Of a DNA stretch of 64,000 nucleotides, positions 18,130 to 27,434 are shown piece after piece. Below the pieces are notes generated by a model. The model was not told where the DNA came from. It made no database searches and saw only the letters and a program-made list of their open reading frames with translations. The first letter of the stretch is position 1. Each line of letters starts with the position of its first letter. The position numbers and the translations under genes were made by a program. The stretch is from the IMG/VR virus record IMGVR_UViG_3300006734_000008, positions 1 to 64,000 of that record. One strand, 5' to 3'. This DNA comes from a virus.

Positions 18130-18451
18130 ACTCTACCCTATAGAAATCTCTCTTTCCTGTCTTTTTCAGCTTTTACCTTCGCTAGTAGGCAGTGCGTTAT
18201 AACCTGGGACTAATAAACACCTGTTAATTCAGGAGACCTTTACCTATGTCTAATCTAGTCTCGCACCTACTGCTCGTTATCAAGCCTTTTGTTAGTATCG
18301 GAGAAAACCTCAGCTTTATTTAAGCTTACTAATCCGACGTCTAAGCCCCTAACTACCTTCTGGCCCTCGGAGCTGAAATGCTGGTATTGCATCTAACAAT
18401 ATACAAATATAAGTTATTCTTGTGATATATGCAAGAATAAGTTGAAAAAAA

Positions 18452-19111
18452 TTATGCGTAGTGTGTCAAAACCTCTCTCACAATATCATTTCTATAGTTA
18501 CCCTTCAGATGAGCCACATAAAGTTTATCTATCTTATGCTCCACATCAATCAACCTCTGCAAGCCAGAACGACTCTTCTGCTTTAGGTCTATCTGTGCGG
18601 GGTCTCCTGTAATCAATACCTTAGCGTTTGGCCCTATCCTAGTAAGGAATCTCACCATCTGCTCCTTAGTTGCATTCTGTGCTTCATCCATAATAGCCAC
18701 TTCATCATCAAATGTAACTCCCGCAACAAACTGCAGAGGTCTAAAGATAATATCACCTTGATGAATCATCTCATCTATCTTCTGCTTGTCATACATCTTA
18801 TACATATTATCTATAAGAGGTAGACACCATTGAAAGTATTTCTCCTCAAGAGTCCCTGGAAGGTGACCCAAATCCTCTGTAGCAACTGTAGGTCTACAAA
18901 AGGAGATTCTATTAATCTGCCTTTTAAAGAACATATCCAATGCTACTTGACAAGCAAGGAAGCTTTTGGAACTCCCTGCAACTCCAGTTAGAACTGAAAT
19001 AGTGTTAGCCAAGATATTAGCCTTAGCTTCTTTTTGCTCTTCTGTTAACTGTAACTTAAATGTTATCTCTCCTTTTGGCACTCTCTTCTCAGTGTTTTTT
19101 CTTTTTTCCAT
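18452..19111 (-). CDS. phoH: PhoH-like ATPase
   Basis: Walker A GVAGSSKS, Walker B AIMDEAQN, and PhoH signature ITGDPAQIDL. Confidence 0.85.
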   Translation of the reverse strand: MEKRKNTEKRVPKGEITFKLQLTEEQKEAKANILANTISVLTGVAGSSKSFLACQVALDMFFKRQINRISFCRPTVATEDLGHLPGTLEEKYFQWCLPLIDNMYKMYDKQKIDEMIHQGDIIFRPLQFVAGVTFDDEVAIMDEAQNATKEQMVRFLTRIGPNAKVLITGDPAQIDLKQKSRSGLQRLIDVEHKIDKLYVAHLKGNYRNDIVREVLTHYA

Positions 19112-19286
19112 ACATATCTGTTAAATACAGTATAATCTTTGGAATTGATATATAGAATATTGCTGTCAATAACACTCTAACAAATACAAACAAAACTGAT
19201 AATGCTATAGTGAGACCTAATATCTGCCCAATGACTAGTATCAACACTAAACCCAGCAGACTCAATCTCAATATAGCATACCACAT
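19089..19286 (-). CDS. small membrane protein
   Basis: 65 aa, two hydrophobic helices. Confidence 0.3.
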   Translation of the reverse strand: MWYAILRLSLLGLVLILVIGQILGLTIALSVLFVFVRVLLTAIFYISIPKIILYLTDMYGKKKKH

Positions 19287-19663
19287 TAGTTCTTATTCTT
19301 AAATGCCATCTCTATCAATTTTCTAAAATCCTTAGCTTGCATAACTACATGGTGTTCACTCTCCTTCCTTCCCCTCTTGTGAATCACAATAGAAGGGAAT
19401 ACATGTCTAGGGTCTGCTGGCATGTAATTCTCTTTAAGCTTCGCATCAATATCCTCAAACAGTTTAGTGTAATTAATTCCCTTTACATAACCATTCTTCA
19501 ATTGAATGTTAAATGGAATTCCATCTAAGTCTACTCCGCAATCATCGAGTAATCTGGATGCTTGCCTTGAGGTCTTACAAAACTTAAAACCTAACTCTTC
19601 TCTAAATACCCTCGCCCACCAACGCTCGAATCTATGTCCTTTATCTCTATTTCTATTTGCCAC
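19286..19663 (-). CDS. putative PD-(D/E)xK-type nuclease / Holliday-junction-resolvase-like protein
   Basis: 125 aa; GHRFE...G...D..GVDLDG...IQLK pattern reminiscent of restriction-endonuclease-fold catalytic core. Confidence 0.3.
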   Translation of the reverse strand: MANRNRDKGHRFERWWARVFREELGFKFCKTSRQASRLLDDCGVDLDGIPFNIQLKNGYVKGINYTKLFEDIDAKLKENYMPADPRHVFPSIVIHKRGRKESEHHVVMQAKDFRKLIEMAFKNKN

Positions 19664-19666
19664 CTT

Positions 19667-20071
19667 CTAACTTTTTTCATCTACAAACCAAACATAATCT
19701 CCTACAGTAGTAATATGACTCTCTCTATAATGCTTTGCCAGCTTATCTGAAATCTCCTTATCCTCTAATCCAGGACAAAAATACCTCATATGAGCCTTAA
19801 CTTCATCAAGAGTGCTATCTTGAGTAATATTTAAGTTAGGTGCTCCTCCTTCCTTAAACATATTCCACTCTTCCATAGTGTTCTTAAAGTTCTCTATTTC
19901 CTGTTGAGTCTTTTTAATTTCTGAATCCATCATTTGACTCATTTTCTCAAATAGAAAAGGGTAATCTTCTTTCACCTTTTCCTGTTGCAAATACTCTTGA
20001 AACTTACTATACTCCTCCAGAGTCATCCTAACCAACTTAGCATCTATAGTTTCTCCCATCACTTTCATCAC
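19667..20071 (-). CDS. hypothetical protein
   Basis: 134-aa ORF. Confidence 0.4.
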   Translation of the reverse strand: MMKVMGETIDAKLVRMTLEEYSKFQEYLQQEKVKEDYPFLFEKMSQMMDSEIKKTQQEIENFKNTMEEWNMFKEGGAPNLNITQDSTLDEVKAHMRYFCPGLEDKEISDKLAKHYRESHITTVGDYVWFVDEKS

Positions 20072-20203
20072 ATATAATCTTTAATCAATCTTTCTTCGTA
20101 ATCTTCCAGGGCTTTCTTAAGTTCTTCTCCTCTGAGCCCCTCCATCCTCAACTGTTGCTCCTTACTTTGCAACATCTCTGAGAATATATCTATATAAAAC
20201 TGG

Positions 20204-20398
20204 TCAAAGGTACCCATTTTCTTCTCTCCATTTATGAAAGTGAGTCCAATCTATAATATGCTTAAGTACATAGTCTCCATTAGAGTCAATATACTTTACC
20301 TCTTTAGCATGTCCTTCTTGAAGATACCTTGAGAGGGTGCCACCATAAATAGGATTATCATCTTTCTTATTTAATTCAATCATACTACAAATATACAT
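20204..20398 (-). CDS. hypothetical protein
   Basis: 64-aa ORF, first gene of minus-strand block. Confidence 0.35.
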   Translation of the reverse strand: MYICSMIELNKKDDNPIYGGTLSRYLQEGHAKEVKYIDSNGDYVLKHIIDWTHFHKWREENGYL

Positions 20399-20535
20399 AA
20401 TCTCTCTTACAATTACAAATGAAGTTGTAAGGAAAAAAATTATACAAAAATTTTAAAGTTGGAAAGAGAATGGAGATGGAGAGGAGCCAATTAAACAGCC
20501 CCCCTACTTAAAAGTGCGGGAGAAGACCCCCTGCC
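20399..20535. promoter_or_regulatory. divergent transcription switch region with inverted repeat
   Basis: Strand polarity flips here (minus genes to the left, plus genes to the right); AT-rich; 7-bp inverted repeat CTTACAA(12 nt)TTGTAAG at 20405-20430. Confidence 0.45.
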
Positions 20536-21000
20536 TTGAATAGGGTCAAATGTTTAATCAATTTATTTAATTCAATGGAAATTAAAATCGGAAGAACAGG
20601 ATTGTCCAAGGTCAAACAACTTGCAGAGAGAAATCTGCATTGGACAGAGTTTCGCAAGCAGACTACTGCTAAGGGACTAGTATCAGACACATCAATGGGC
20701 TGGGCCCAAACTGATGGAACACTCAACAGTGGTGACACCTATGCATCAGGTGACGAAGTACTCAACTACGACCGCACCATGGTGCTACTGTATGATGAGA
20801 ATGGCAACGTGAAGATGCAGGATGATGGTGTTACACCACAGTATACCTACAGATTCCACGAGAAGGGTGTACAATTGGGCGGTGGACGCAAGGAGGCAAT
20901 TGCCATGCTGCAAGCATTGCAGAAACAAGGCATTGAATCTTCAACTGACAACAATGCTGCTGCACAGCAACTGTTGGCAGATGCACAAGGGGTTGTATAA
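20536..21000 (+). CDS. hypothetical early protein
   Basis: 154-aa ORF, first plus-strand gene. Confidence 0.45.
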   Translation: MNRVKCLINLFNSMEIKIGRTGLSKVKQLAERNLHWTEFRKQTTAKGLVSDTSMGWAQTDGTLNSGDTYASGDEVLNYDRTMVLLYDENGNVKMQDDGVTPQYTYRFHEKGVQLGGGRKEAIAMLQALQKQGIESSTDNNAAAQQLLADAQGVV

Positions 21001-21169
21001 ACCCCTTTGGTCTCTAGAAACCCTTAGACACGATAGATAAAAGTGGAGAGGAGACAGAGAAGATGTGTGGTTGGGGGGATTTCCAAACCCCTTTTACACT
21101 CTTTTCTATCTCTTCTCTTATCTTAATCTACTACTAATTAATAGCTAATTACTCATAAACATTATACCA

Positions 21170-21376
21170 ATGATTGCTATCACAGAACTCTCAATTGAGG
21201 CAAGACAAATAGAATCTTCCCTCATTAACAGATGTATGTACTACAAAAGACATCATCTCGCAGCCTTTGAATTAGGCCTCACAACAATTGCATCTTATCA
21301 TTTAGAAAGATTGGCAAAAGCAGAAAAAGAATTGAAAGAATTTCAAGAAAACAATTTGGGGTTGTTAGAACTATGA
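21170..21376 (+). CDS. hypothetical protein
   Basis: 68-aa ORF. Confidence 0.3.
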   Translation: MIAITELSIEARQIESSLINRCMYYKRHHLAAFELGLTTIASYHLERLAKAEKELKEFQENNLGLLEL

Positions 21377-21489
21377 CAACCCCCAATTACTTCAAGATAT
21401 AGGGGTACGAGGACGCTTGTACAAAAGTCAATACTATTTATTATGAGTGAATAGTGGTGGAAAATTGACAACAAGAGAGCACTACCGCC

Positions 21490-21771
21490 TTGTTCTCTTT
21501 CTTTAAAAAAGACATTATGACATTCATCACAATCCTAAGATTTGCTTGGACTGTTAGACAGTTCAGACAAGTTGCCATCATAGCTATCCTCATGTGGATG
21601 CTATCTGGTTTGACAATCTACATCTTCTTAGTAGAAATACCATTCTCAGGAGATGCAATCTTCTTCATCATCATGAGTCTTTTTGGTTCAGCTCTTGCTG
21701 CCTATCTTCTCCAACTCAATTGGGGATTTGCCAAATCTGCCTTGACTAACTATAAACATCACACCTCATGA
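21490..21771 (+). CDS. small membrane protein
   Basis: 93 aa, three hydrophobic helices. Confidence 0.4.
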   Translation: MFSFFKKDIMTFITILRFAWTVRQFRQVAIIAILMWMLSGLTIYIFLVEIPFSGDAIFFIIMSLFGSALAAYLLQLNWGFAKSALTNYKHHTS

Positions 21772-22031
21772 AAAAGTTTAAACATGCATGGAGATACATG
21801 AAGTTTCGTGTTGTCTTCTTCATCAATTGCATACTGTGGATAATCACAATTATCTACATCTATCTCTTCTTCTACCTTGTAGAGTTAGACAACCACTATG
21901 CACAATACATTCTAATAGGTCTCGTCCTCATTACAGACCTATCATACTTCCTTGAACTCAAAAGAGCTTGGAAGGCTGCTCAATTCTTCTCACCTAGAGT
22001 GTTGAAGTTTGGCAAACAAAGAAATTGGTAG
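21768..22031 (+). CDS. small membrane protein
   Basis: 87 aa, two hydrophobic helices; ATGA overlap with upstream gene. Confidence 0.4.
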   Translation: MKKFKHAWRYMKFRVVFFINCILWIITIIYIYLFFYLVELDNHYAQYILIGLVLITDLSYFLELKRAWKAAQFFSPRVLKFGKQRNW

Positions 22032-22950
22032 TTTTATTACCAATTGGTTGAGTGAGGGAGGGAGAGTATTCTCCCTTCAAGCACACATTGTCATACCCTC
22101 AGAGTTTAGATGCTCATGGTGTGTGCGTTAAGTCTACTTGATAGACTACTAAATGACACGGCAGCTTATTGTCGTAAGGATAACCTCAGTGATGAGGATA
22201 AAATGAAGACTATTCCTATATTAAAGTCTTTGTGCTGTACTCTGCACAGTCCATGTAAGCAAGCTGAAATCCATACAGAGTCTTATCAGATGAGTATGGC
22301 TACCCTCAGAATCAGTGGGTAGTGAGTGAAGCCAAAAGGTGAATCAATAAGTAATCAGTAGGATATGACCGAAACATGTTGTCAAGCATGGTAAGTTGTG
22401 TTCATTAATAGATGAGGTAACTCTCGTTTATTAACGTAGTGTGACAGCTACAACGGGGCGTTGGTGTCTAAACTATCCAAAAGATAGCATGACATACAAG
22501 CGTTAACCACGTCCTGTCCAAGATTTTATATAGGAGTAGAAATTTTAATTCTATGCAACTAAGCCAAAGTGTTAACGCACATGCTCTAACAATAGAGTTA
22601 TCCTACTGCAATATGTAGGCATGATACTGCTCGCAAAGTAGTTGATTGAAATGAAAAGAGTAAGTTTAATGGTTGGGGGACACCTCATTAGCCTCGTAAG
22701 GGACATTGCTGAAATGGAAGTTTATAATGGAGTATGTAGTAAGTGCCAGACTTTAATCTGGTCTCTATGTGAAGTACATGGCTTAACCCATGTGTGTGCT
22801 TTGAGAGAAATCTCTAATAATCTTTACATTGATGCAGACGCACTCATGCATTTATTAATCTCATCAGCTAGACTGTGGTCATTTGATTGACAATGAGAAC
22901 TCAAGTAAGTTGGTAGACTTATTAGTTAGTAGTTTAGTTAACAAAGTGAG

Positions 22951-22979
22951 AGGGGCTGTGAAGCCCCTTTCTTTCTTTA
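22951..22979 (+). terminator. rho-independent terminator
   Basis: AGGGGCT-gtga-AGCCCCT hairpin followed by TTTCTTTCTTT. Confidence 0.55.
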
Positions 22980-23018
22980 CCACTTACATTTACATTACTC
23001 TAACAAAATATCACACTC

Positions 23019-23453
23019 ATGAAAAACTTTAGAACAGGGCTATTATATATGGCCATTTTTGTATTTACTATCTTTGTAACCATCCAAACATTAAGGCTTG
23101 TAAGCTATGGTCTCATCTCTGATTTCACATTAACATCTCCAGACAATGAGGTGTATTTTATCAGAATCGTTAATGTAAACACTCATCGTCCATTTATCTC
23201 ATCTGCTAAGTATTCTGGTAATGGTATAGACTTTACTGAAAAACAAGACACAGTAATAACATTTAATGCTGTGCCTTTCTGGTTCTGGAAAGACCATATC
23301 TATGACAAATACTCTAAGAGATTGTCTAAGGTATGCTTTAGAGACTATGTGTTCGCATCTATCAAAGCTCAAAAGCTTAAGTCGATACAGGATAAACGAA
23401 ATAAGAAAGCTCAAAGACATTACTTACTTTCACTTAAAGACTGTAAAGGATGA
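23019..23453 (+). CDS. membrane-anchored hypothetical protein
   Basis: 144 aa with N-terminal TM helix. Confidence 0.4.
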   Translation: MKNFRTGLLYMAIFVFTIFVTIQTLRLVSYGLISDFTLTSPDNEVYFIRIVNVNTHRPFISSAKYSGNGIDFTEKQDTVITFNAVPFWFWKDHIYDKYSKRLSKVCFRDYVFASIKAQKLKSIQDKRNKKAQRHYLLSLKDCKG

Positions 23454-23764
23454 AAATCTTGTTTCTTTCATTTTGTGCCATCATGATGTTACTATCATGT
23501 GGTGATATTAATGTTGAATCAAACCTTGTGGAGCGAGAGATAATCGTGAACTCTAGTAGTTCATACAGTCTCAAAACTTCACAAGGTTGGTTTGATGTTA
23601 GAGGTGACCTCAATTTAACTACTACTGTGCCTAAAGGTACAGATACTATTGTCATTATTGGAAATAACTTTGACATTTCCATTTATTATGACAACTCTCA
23701 AAGCCATCACAAATTAGTGAGTGGCTCATCCAACAAGCATTACCAATTTATCACTTACAACTAG
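23450..23764 (+). CDS. putative lipoprotein / secreted protein
   Basis: Signal peptide MKILFLSFCAIMMLLSCG with lipobox-like LLSC. Confidence 0.4.
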   Translation: MKILFLSFCAIMMLLSCGDINVESNLVEREIIVNSSSSYSLKTSQGWFDVRGDLNLTTTVPKGTDTIVIIGNNFDISIYYDNSQSHHKLVSGSSNKHYQFITYN

Positions 23765-23769
23765 AAAGT

Positions 23770-23943
23770 ATGAAAACTTTTAACCTTATCTTTTATCTCA
23801 TAACAGCTCTCTCTGCCATCATATTATTTATTTGGTGTGTCTTAGAGGGTAGTATGCTCATAGCCTGTTTAGCAGGATTAGTATGTGGCTATACATTTGG
23901 AGATACATACAAGAAAACAACTTCTGAATTAGCTGACTGCTAG
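23770..23943 (+). CDS. small membrane protein (57 aa)
   Basis: ATG at 23770, two hydrophobic helices; below ORF-track size cutoff. Confidence 0.3.
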   Translation: MKTFNLIFYLITALSAIILFIWCVLEGSMLIACLAGLVCGYTFGDTYKKTTSELADC

Positions 23944-24044
23944 TTTAATCACCCTTAGAACTGACTGTGGCTCACGGTCAATATGGGTATGGAATCCCAT
24001 GCAGTCAGTTTAATTCTTTTATCTAACCACAAACTCAAAATAAA

Positions 24045-24320
24045 ATGAAACATTACGCAATTCTTCACTCATCTGTCCTCAACAAGGACAAAGAACTTGA
24101 TGTCACATTTAATCATGTGGCAACAGTAAAAGCTGTTAGTATGAAACATGCTTTTGCTAAAGCTAAGAACCACAATCCTGACTATAAAAAGTTAGGTATT
24201 CGCAACACTAGTGTTGGCGATGTAATTAGACTCGAAGGTGAATTTAATATGATTGACCATGATTACGAGTTCAGACCAGTATGTTTACTTCATGTAAATG
24301 GTGGGGAGGTGACACTATGA
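24045..24320 (+). CDS. hypothetical protein
   Basis: 91-aa ORF. Confidence 0.4.
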   Translation: MKHYAILHSSVLNKDKELDVTFNHVATVKAVSMKHAFAKAKNHNPDYKKLGIRNTSVGDVIRLEGEFNMIDHDYEFRPVCLLHVNGGEVTL

Positions 24321-24502
24321 TGTCCTTTGCATTTTCAGCAATAGTAGTACTAACCTTTATTTCTTTTTATATCTCTCTTCGGAAATTTTATGAAGCTATG
24401 GAGGTTAGAATAGGGATACTCTTTTTCATATTAACAGTTATCTCTGGTCTTTTAACTATCTATTACATAGGAGAACTTTTGACTCATTACTTTGCTCAAT
24501 AG
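24281..24502 (+). CDS. small membrane protein
   Basis: 73 aa, two TM helices. Confidence 0.35.
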   Translation: MFTSCKWWGGDTMMSFAFSAIVVLTFISFYISLRKFYEAMEVRIGILFFILTVISGLLTIYYIGELLTHYFAQ

Positions 24503-24535
24503 GAGTGATGCTATTGAGTAATGTCAACTAAGATA

Positions 24536-24560
24536 GGGGAGCTTCGGCTCCCTTGTCTTT
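24536..24560 (+). terminator. rho-independent terminator
   Basis: GGGGAGC-ttcg-GCTCCC hairpin followed by TTGTCTTT. Confidence 0.45.
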
Positions 24561-24573
24561 AATATTAACCAAC

Positions 24574-25038
24574 ATGAAAAAGAAAACATACTTACAAGTA
24601 TTGGAAGAAACTGTAGAGTTTTATTCCGAAGACCCTTCTCGTAGAAGTACCAGGACAGATATAGATGATGACGGAAAAGAAGAGGTAGTTTGTTTATATT
24701 TTGGTCCTGACAACAAACAATGTGCATTTGCACGTCATGTTAACCCAAAATCTTACAAAAAACTGAAAGAACTGGAGGGTAAGTCTGCCACACGTTGTAT
24801 ATCAAAGATTACTCTCAAAGAAGACGTAAAGCATTTGACAGACCCTATGTTTTGGAATTATCTACAAGGATTGCATGATAAATCAGCACATTGGAATGAA
24901 AGTGGATTGACAGCATTAGGTCAAGAAAAATTTAAAATGTTATATGAGGTTTGTAAATTGAAAGACAGTGACCCGTCTAAATATTTTTCAGACCTTTATA
25001 TGATTGTCATGCCTTTATATGATTGTCATGAATTTTAG
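24574..25038 (+). CDS. hypothetical protein
   Basis: ORF track starts at TTG 24553; first ATG (MKKKTY) at 24574; C-terminus contains 19-bp tandem duplication. Confidence 0.4.
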   Translation: MKKKTYLQVLEETVEFYSEDPSRRSTRTDIDDDGKEEVVCLYFGPDNKQCAFARHVNPKSYKKLKELEGKSATRCISKITLKEDVKHLTDPMFWNYLQGLHDKSAHWNESGLTALGQEKFKMLYEVCKLKDSDPSKYFSDLYMIVMPLYDCHEF

Positions 25039-25108
25039 AATAGAACAAGAGTTCTAAGGGGTGGATTCTAGTGTTATTGAATACTCTTTAAGCCCCATTC
25101 TTAAGATT

Positions 25109-25324
25109 ATGAAATATCTGACATTACTAATGCTACTGTTCTTTGCTGTAGCATGTGTTCCTTGTGGTGAGACCACTGAAGAGAACCAACAGACATCCAC
25201 TGTTGAGCAACAAAAGGATGAAAAACCTTATTACCCAATTGAAGATTTCAAAAAAGAAGATGAAAAGAAGGGTAATCAAGAACAAGAAGAGGTTGAGGAG
25301 GACTGGTTTGATGATTATGAGTAG
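25109..25324 (+). CDS. small acidic lipoprotein
   Basis: MKYLTLLMLLFFAVAC lipobox then Glu/Asp/Lys-rich tail. Confidence 0.4.
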   Translation: MKYLTLLMLLFFAVACVPCGETTEENQQTSTVEQQKDEKPYYPIEDFKKEDEKKGNQEQEEVEEDWFDDYE

Positions 25325-25586
25325 GCTAGTCTGGAATGAATATGAATTTGTGCTTGAAGGGCATAGATTTGTGGCTGAACCAACTTCCGATGTTGTTTCA
25401 AATGAGCAAGTATTCAAAATCAGTGTGTATGATGGCTTTGGTAAAAAAAGACCTGTCACTGAAGTCCTCAAAACCCCTGTATTTGACATGCTCAAAATGG
25501 CAGGAACATGGCTTACAACCATTGTTGAACCACCTGTAACAGAGCATACATTTGATGATTTCATCAAGGATTTGCTTGGATTGTAA
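25317..25586 (+). CDS. hypothetical protein
   Basis: ATG overlapping stop of upstream lipoprotein gene; upstream part of track ORF 25155 overlaps lipoprotein in another frame. Confidence 0.35.
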   Translation: MSRLVWNEYEFVLEGHRFVAEPTSDVVSNEQVFKISVYDGFGKKRPVTEVLKTPVFDMLKMAGTWLTTIVEPPVTEHTFDDFIKDLLGL

Positions 25587-25603
25587 TTTATGTATTGAAG
25601 TAG

Positions 25604-25627
25604 GGGGAGGTAACTCCCCTTATTTTA
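25604..25627 (+). terminator. rho-independent terminator
   Basis: GGGGGAG-gtaa-CTCCCC hairpin followed by TTATTTT. Confidence 0.5.
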
Positions 25628-25658
25628 GTATAATTTCTAACCTATATTTAATTATTGT

Positions 25659-26972
25659 ATGACACTACTCGGTGTATTGGGACTACTCATTGCAGTGTTC
25701 CTGTTGGCTGTAAGTTCAGTTAACAAACAAATTGACAAGGCTAATGCCCAACGTGAAGAGAATGGTAAACGGGTTAAGCCTGGAGTTCTTGGAGGTCTTA
25801 GCTTAAGTCGTGGTGGAATTGTAAGTTTATTCTTTGCTTCCATCTTACTAATTGTTGCAGGGATTTCAAACCCCTTAGCTAACAATGATGCTGGTAATAG
25901 ACAAGTTGTTCAGACTGTCGATGGTGACCTGTGGGTAAAATTCACTCCTGGATGGTATTGGTGTGGGTTCTTCTCTAAGGTAACTACTTGGCCTAATAAC
26001 GTAACTGTACAAGTATCAGCAGAGGATAAACGGTCACAAGAAGCAGATTATTGGGAGAAAAGACACTCCGCTACATTTGCAGAAGGTGATAATGCCTATG
26101 TTTCTCATACTGTGAAATGGGATTTACCTGTTAATGAGGTTGACATGTTGGAGTTACACACAACTTATAACAACATTGATAACTTAAAACAAACTACTCT
26201 TATCCAGTATCAGAAAGAAACGGCCAGTTACTCATGTCAACGGATGACATCAGAAGAACATTATTCTGGAGGACAGTCACAATTAAAAGACTATTTCCAA
26301 GACCAACTCCGTAATGGACAGGTTCTTTTGGTAACTGAAACTAAGGTGAAGACATTACCTGATTCTTCCACAAAGACTTACATCATTACTGATGAGAAAC
26401 GTGACCAAAATGGTAATATTCTCCGAACTGTATCTGACATTCAGAAGTACAATCTGTTTGCATCATTTGCATCAATTGACCGTGTAAGCTATGACAAGCG
26501 TATTTATGCTAAGCTTAAGGATAAGATTGATGCAGCAGCAGATGAAGCTACCTCGAAACAGCGACTCATTACAGCACAACAGGAAGAGCAAGAGGCCATT
26601 GTAAAGGGTCGAAAGCTTATTGCTGAAGTAACTGCCAAAGAGGAAGCTGATGAGAGACAGTCAGTAATTCGGGCTCGTAAAGCAAAACAGGTAGAACAGG
26701 AAAATGCAGAAAAGGCTAAGTATATTGCACTCAAAGTACAACGAGAGCAAGATGCTAAGGCTGCTGCAAACCGAGCTCTCCGTGCTGCTGGTCTCACGCC
26801 TCAGGAAGAGGCTGAATGGGACTATAAGACTCGGGTTGGTATTGCTGCTGAGTTAGCCAAAGTAAAAGTGCCAAATGTCGTAGTGACAGGTGGAGGCAAT
26901 GGTGGAGCATCACCAATGGATGCCTTGGGTATTAAAATGCTCATGGACATCGAGAAAAGTTTATCCAAATAG
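25659..26972 (+). CDS. membrane-anchored SPFH/band-7-like protein with long Ala/Glu/Lys/Gln coiled coil
   Basis: N-terminal TM helix, central beta-rich domain, C-terminal A/E/K/Q-rich repeats typical of HflK/C/flotillin family tails. Confidence 0.35.
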   Translation: MTLLGVLGLLIAVFLLAVSSVNKQIDKANAQREENGKRVKPGVLGGLSLSRGGIVSLFFASILLIVAGISNPLANNDAGNRQVVQTVDGDLWVKFTPGWYWCGFFSKVTTWPNNVTVQVSAEDKRSQEADYWEKRHSATFAEGDNAYVSHTVKWDLPVNEVDMLELHTTYNNIDNLKQTTLIQYQKETASYSCQRMTSEEHYSGGQSQLKDYFQDQLRNGQVLLVTETKVKTLPDSSTKTYIITDEKRDQNGNILRTVSDIQKYNLFASFASIDRVSYDKRIYAKLKDKIDAAADEATSKQRLITAQQEEQEAIVKGRKLIAEVTAKEEADERQSVIRARKAKQVEQENAEKAKYIALKVQREQDAKAAANRALRAAGLTPQEEAEWDYKTRVGIAAELAKVKVPNVVVTGGGNGGASPMDALGIKMLMDIEKSLSK

Positions 26973-27004
26973 GGTAATACATAGAATAGTTTCATAATTG
27001 GACA

Positions 27005-27033
27005 AAGCCCTCTGAAATATGAGGGCTTTTTTA
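27005..27033 (+). terminator. rho-independent terminator
   Basis: AAGCCCTC-tgaaatat-GAGGGCTT hairpin followed by TTTTTT. Confidence 0.55.
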
Positions 27034-27044
27034 ACTCAGAATGT

Positions 27045-27434
27045 ATGAAAGCATTTTTCTTCACCCTACTATTGTCCTGCTTTACATGGACTAGCTTTTC
27101 TCAAATCGTACAATACGATTATGATAGTACTGCATTTTGTTTTAACTCTAATGTTAAATCATCATGTGTAGATACTTGTTCACCAGCACAACCAGCTTCA
27201 ATAACTCTGAGTGTGGACTTAGACAGTTTTACACTATATTTTAATGGTGAACAACGAGTGTACACATTAGATAAGATGTTCAGCTTTAAAGATGAATATT
27301 TTATTCTAAAAGGTACAGCCCCAAATGATACACAGGTGAAACTTTTCATTTCACCGTACAAGTGTGTATTAGCCAACAATGAATGTAACTTACAATTCAA
27401 GTTTATAGCTTGTAAAGAAGAAGATGATGAGTGA
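27045..27434 (+). CDS. secreted Cys-containing protein
   Basis: Signal peptide MKAFFFTLLLSCFTWTSFS; 129 aa. Confidence 0.4.
   Translation: MKAFFFTLLLSCFTWTSFSQIVQYDYDSTAFCFNSNVKSSCVDTCSPAQPASITLSVDLDSFTLYFNGEQRVYTLDKMFSFKDEYFILKGTAPNDTQVKLFISPYKCVLANNECNLQFKFIACKEEDDE

Noticed and set aside
18403-18450. 9-bp inverted repeat TTATTCTTG/CAAGAATAA just downstream of phoH stop
   Set aside because: On the minus strand the U-run precedes rather than follows the hairpin, and on the plus strand it is followed by A-run; not a convincing intrinsic terminator, possibly an RNA-stability hairpin
22110-22890. ORFs 22110-22322 and 22642-22890 as confident protein genes
   Set aside because: No ribosome-binding context, no overlap coupling typical of this genome, isolated within a 1 kb low-density region; kept only as a finding, not as features
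25133-25567. 144-aa minus-strand ORF
   Set aside because: Antisense to two plus-strand genes (lipoprotein and 25317-25586) in a uniformly plus-strand block; hydrophobic low-complexity translation
26504-26797. 97-aa Ala/Ser/Cys-rich minus-strand ORF
   Set aside because: Antisense shadow of the Ala/Glu/Lys coiled-coil region of the SPFH-like gene
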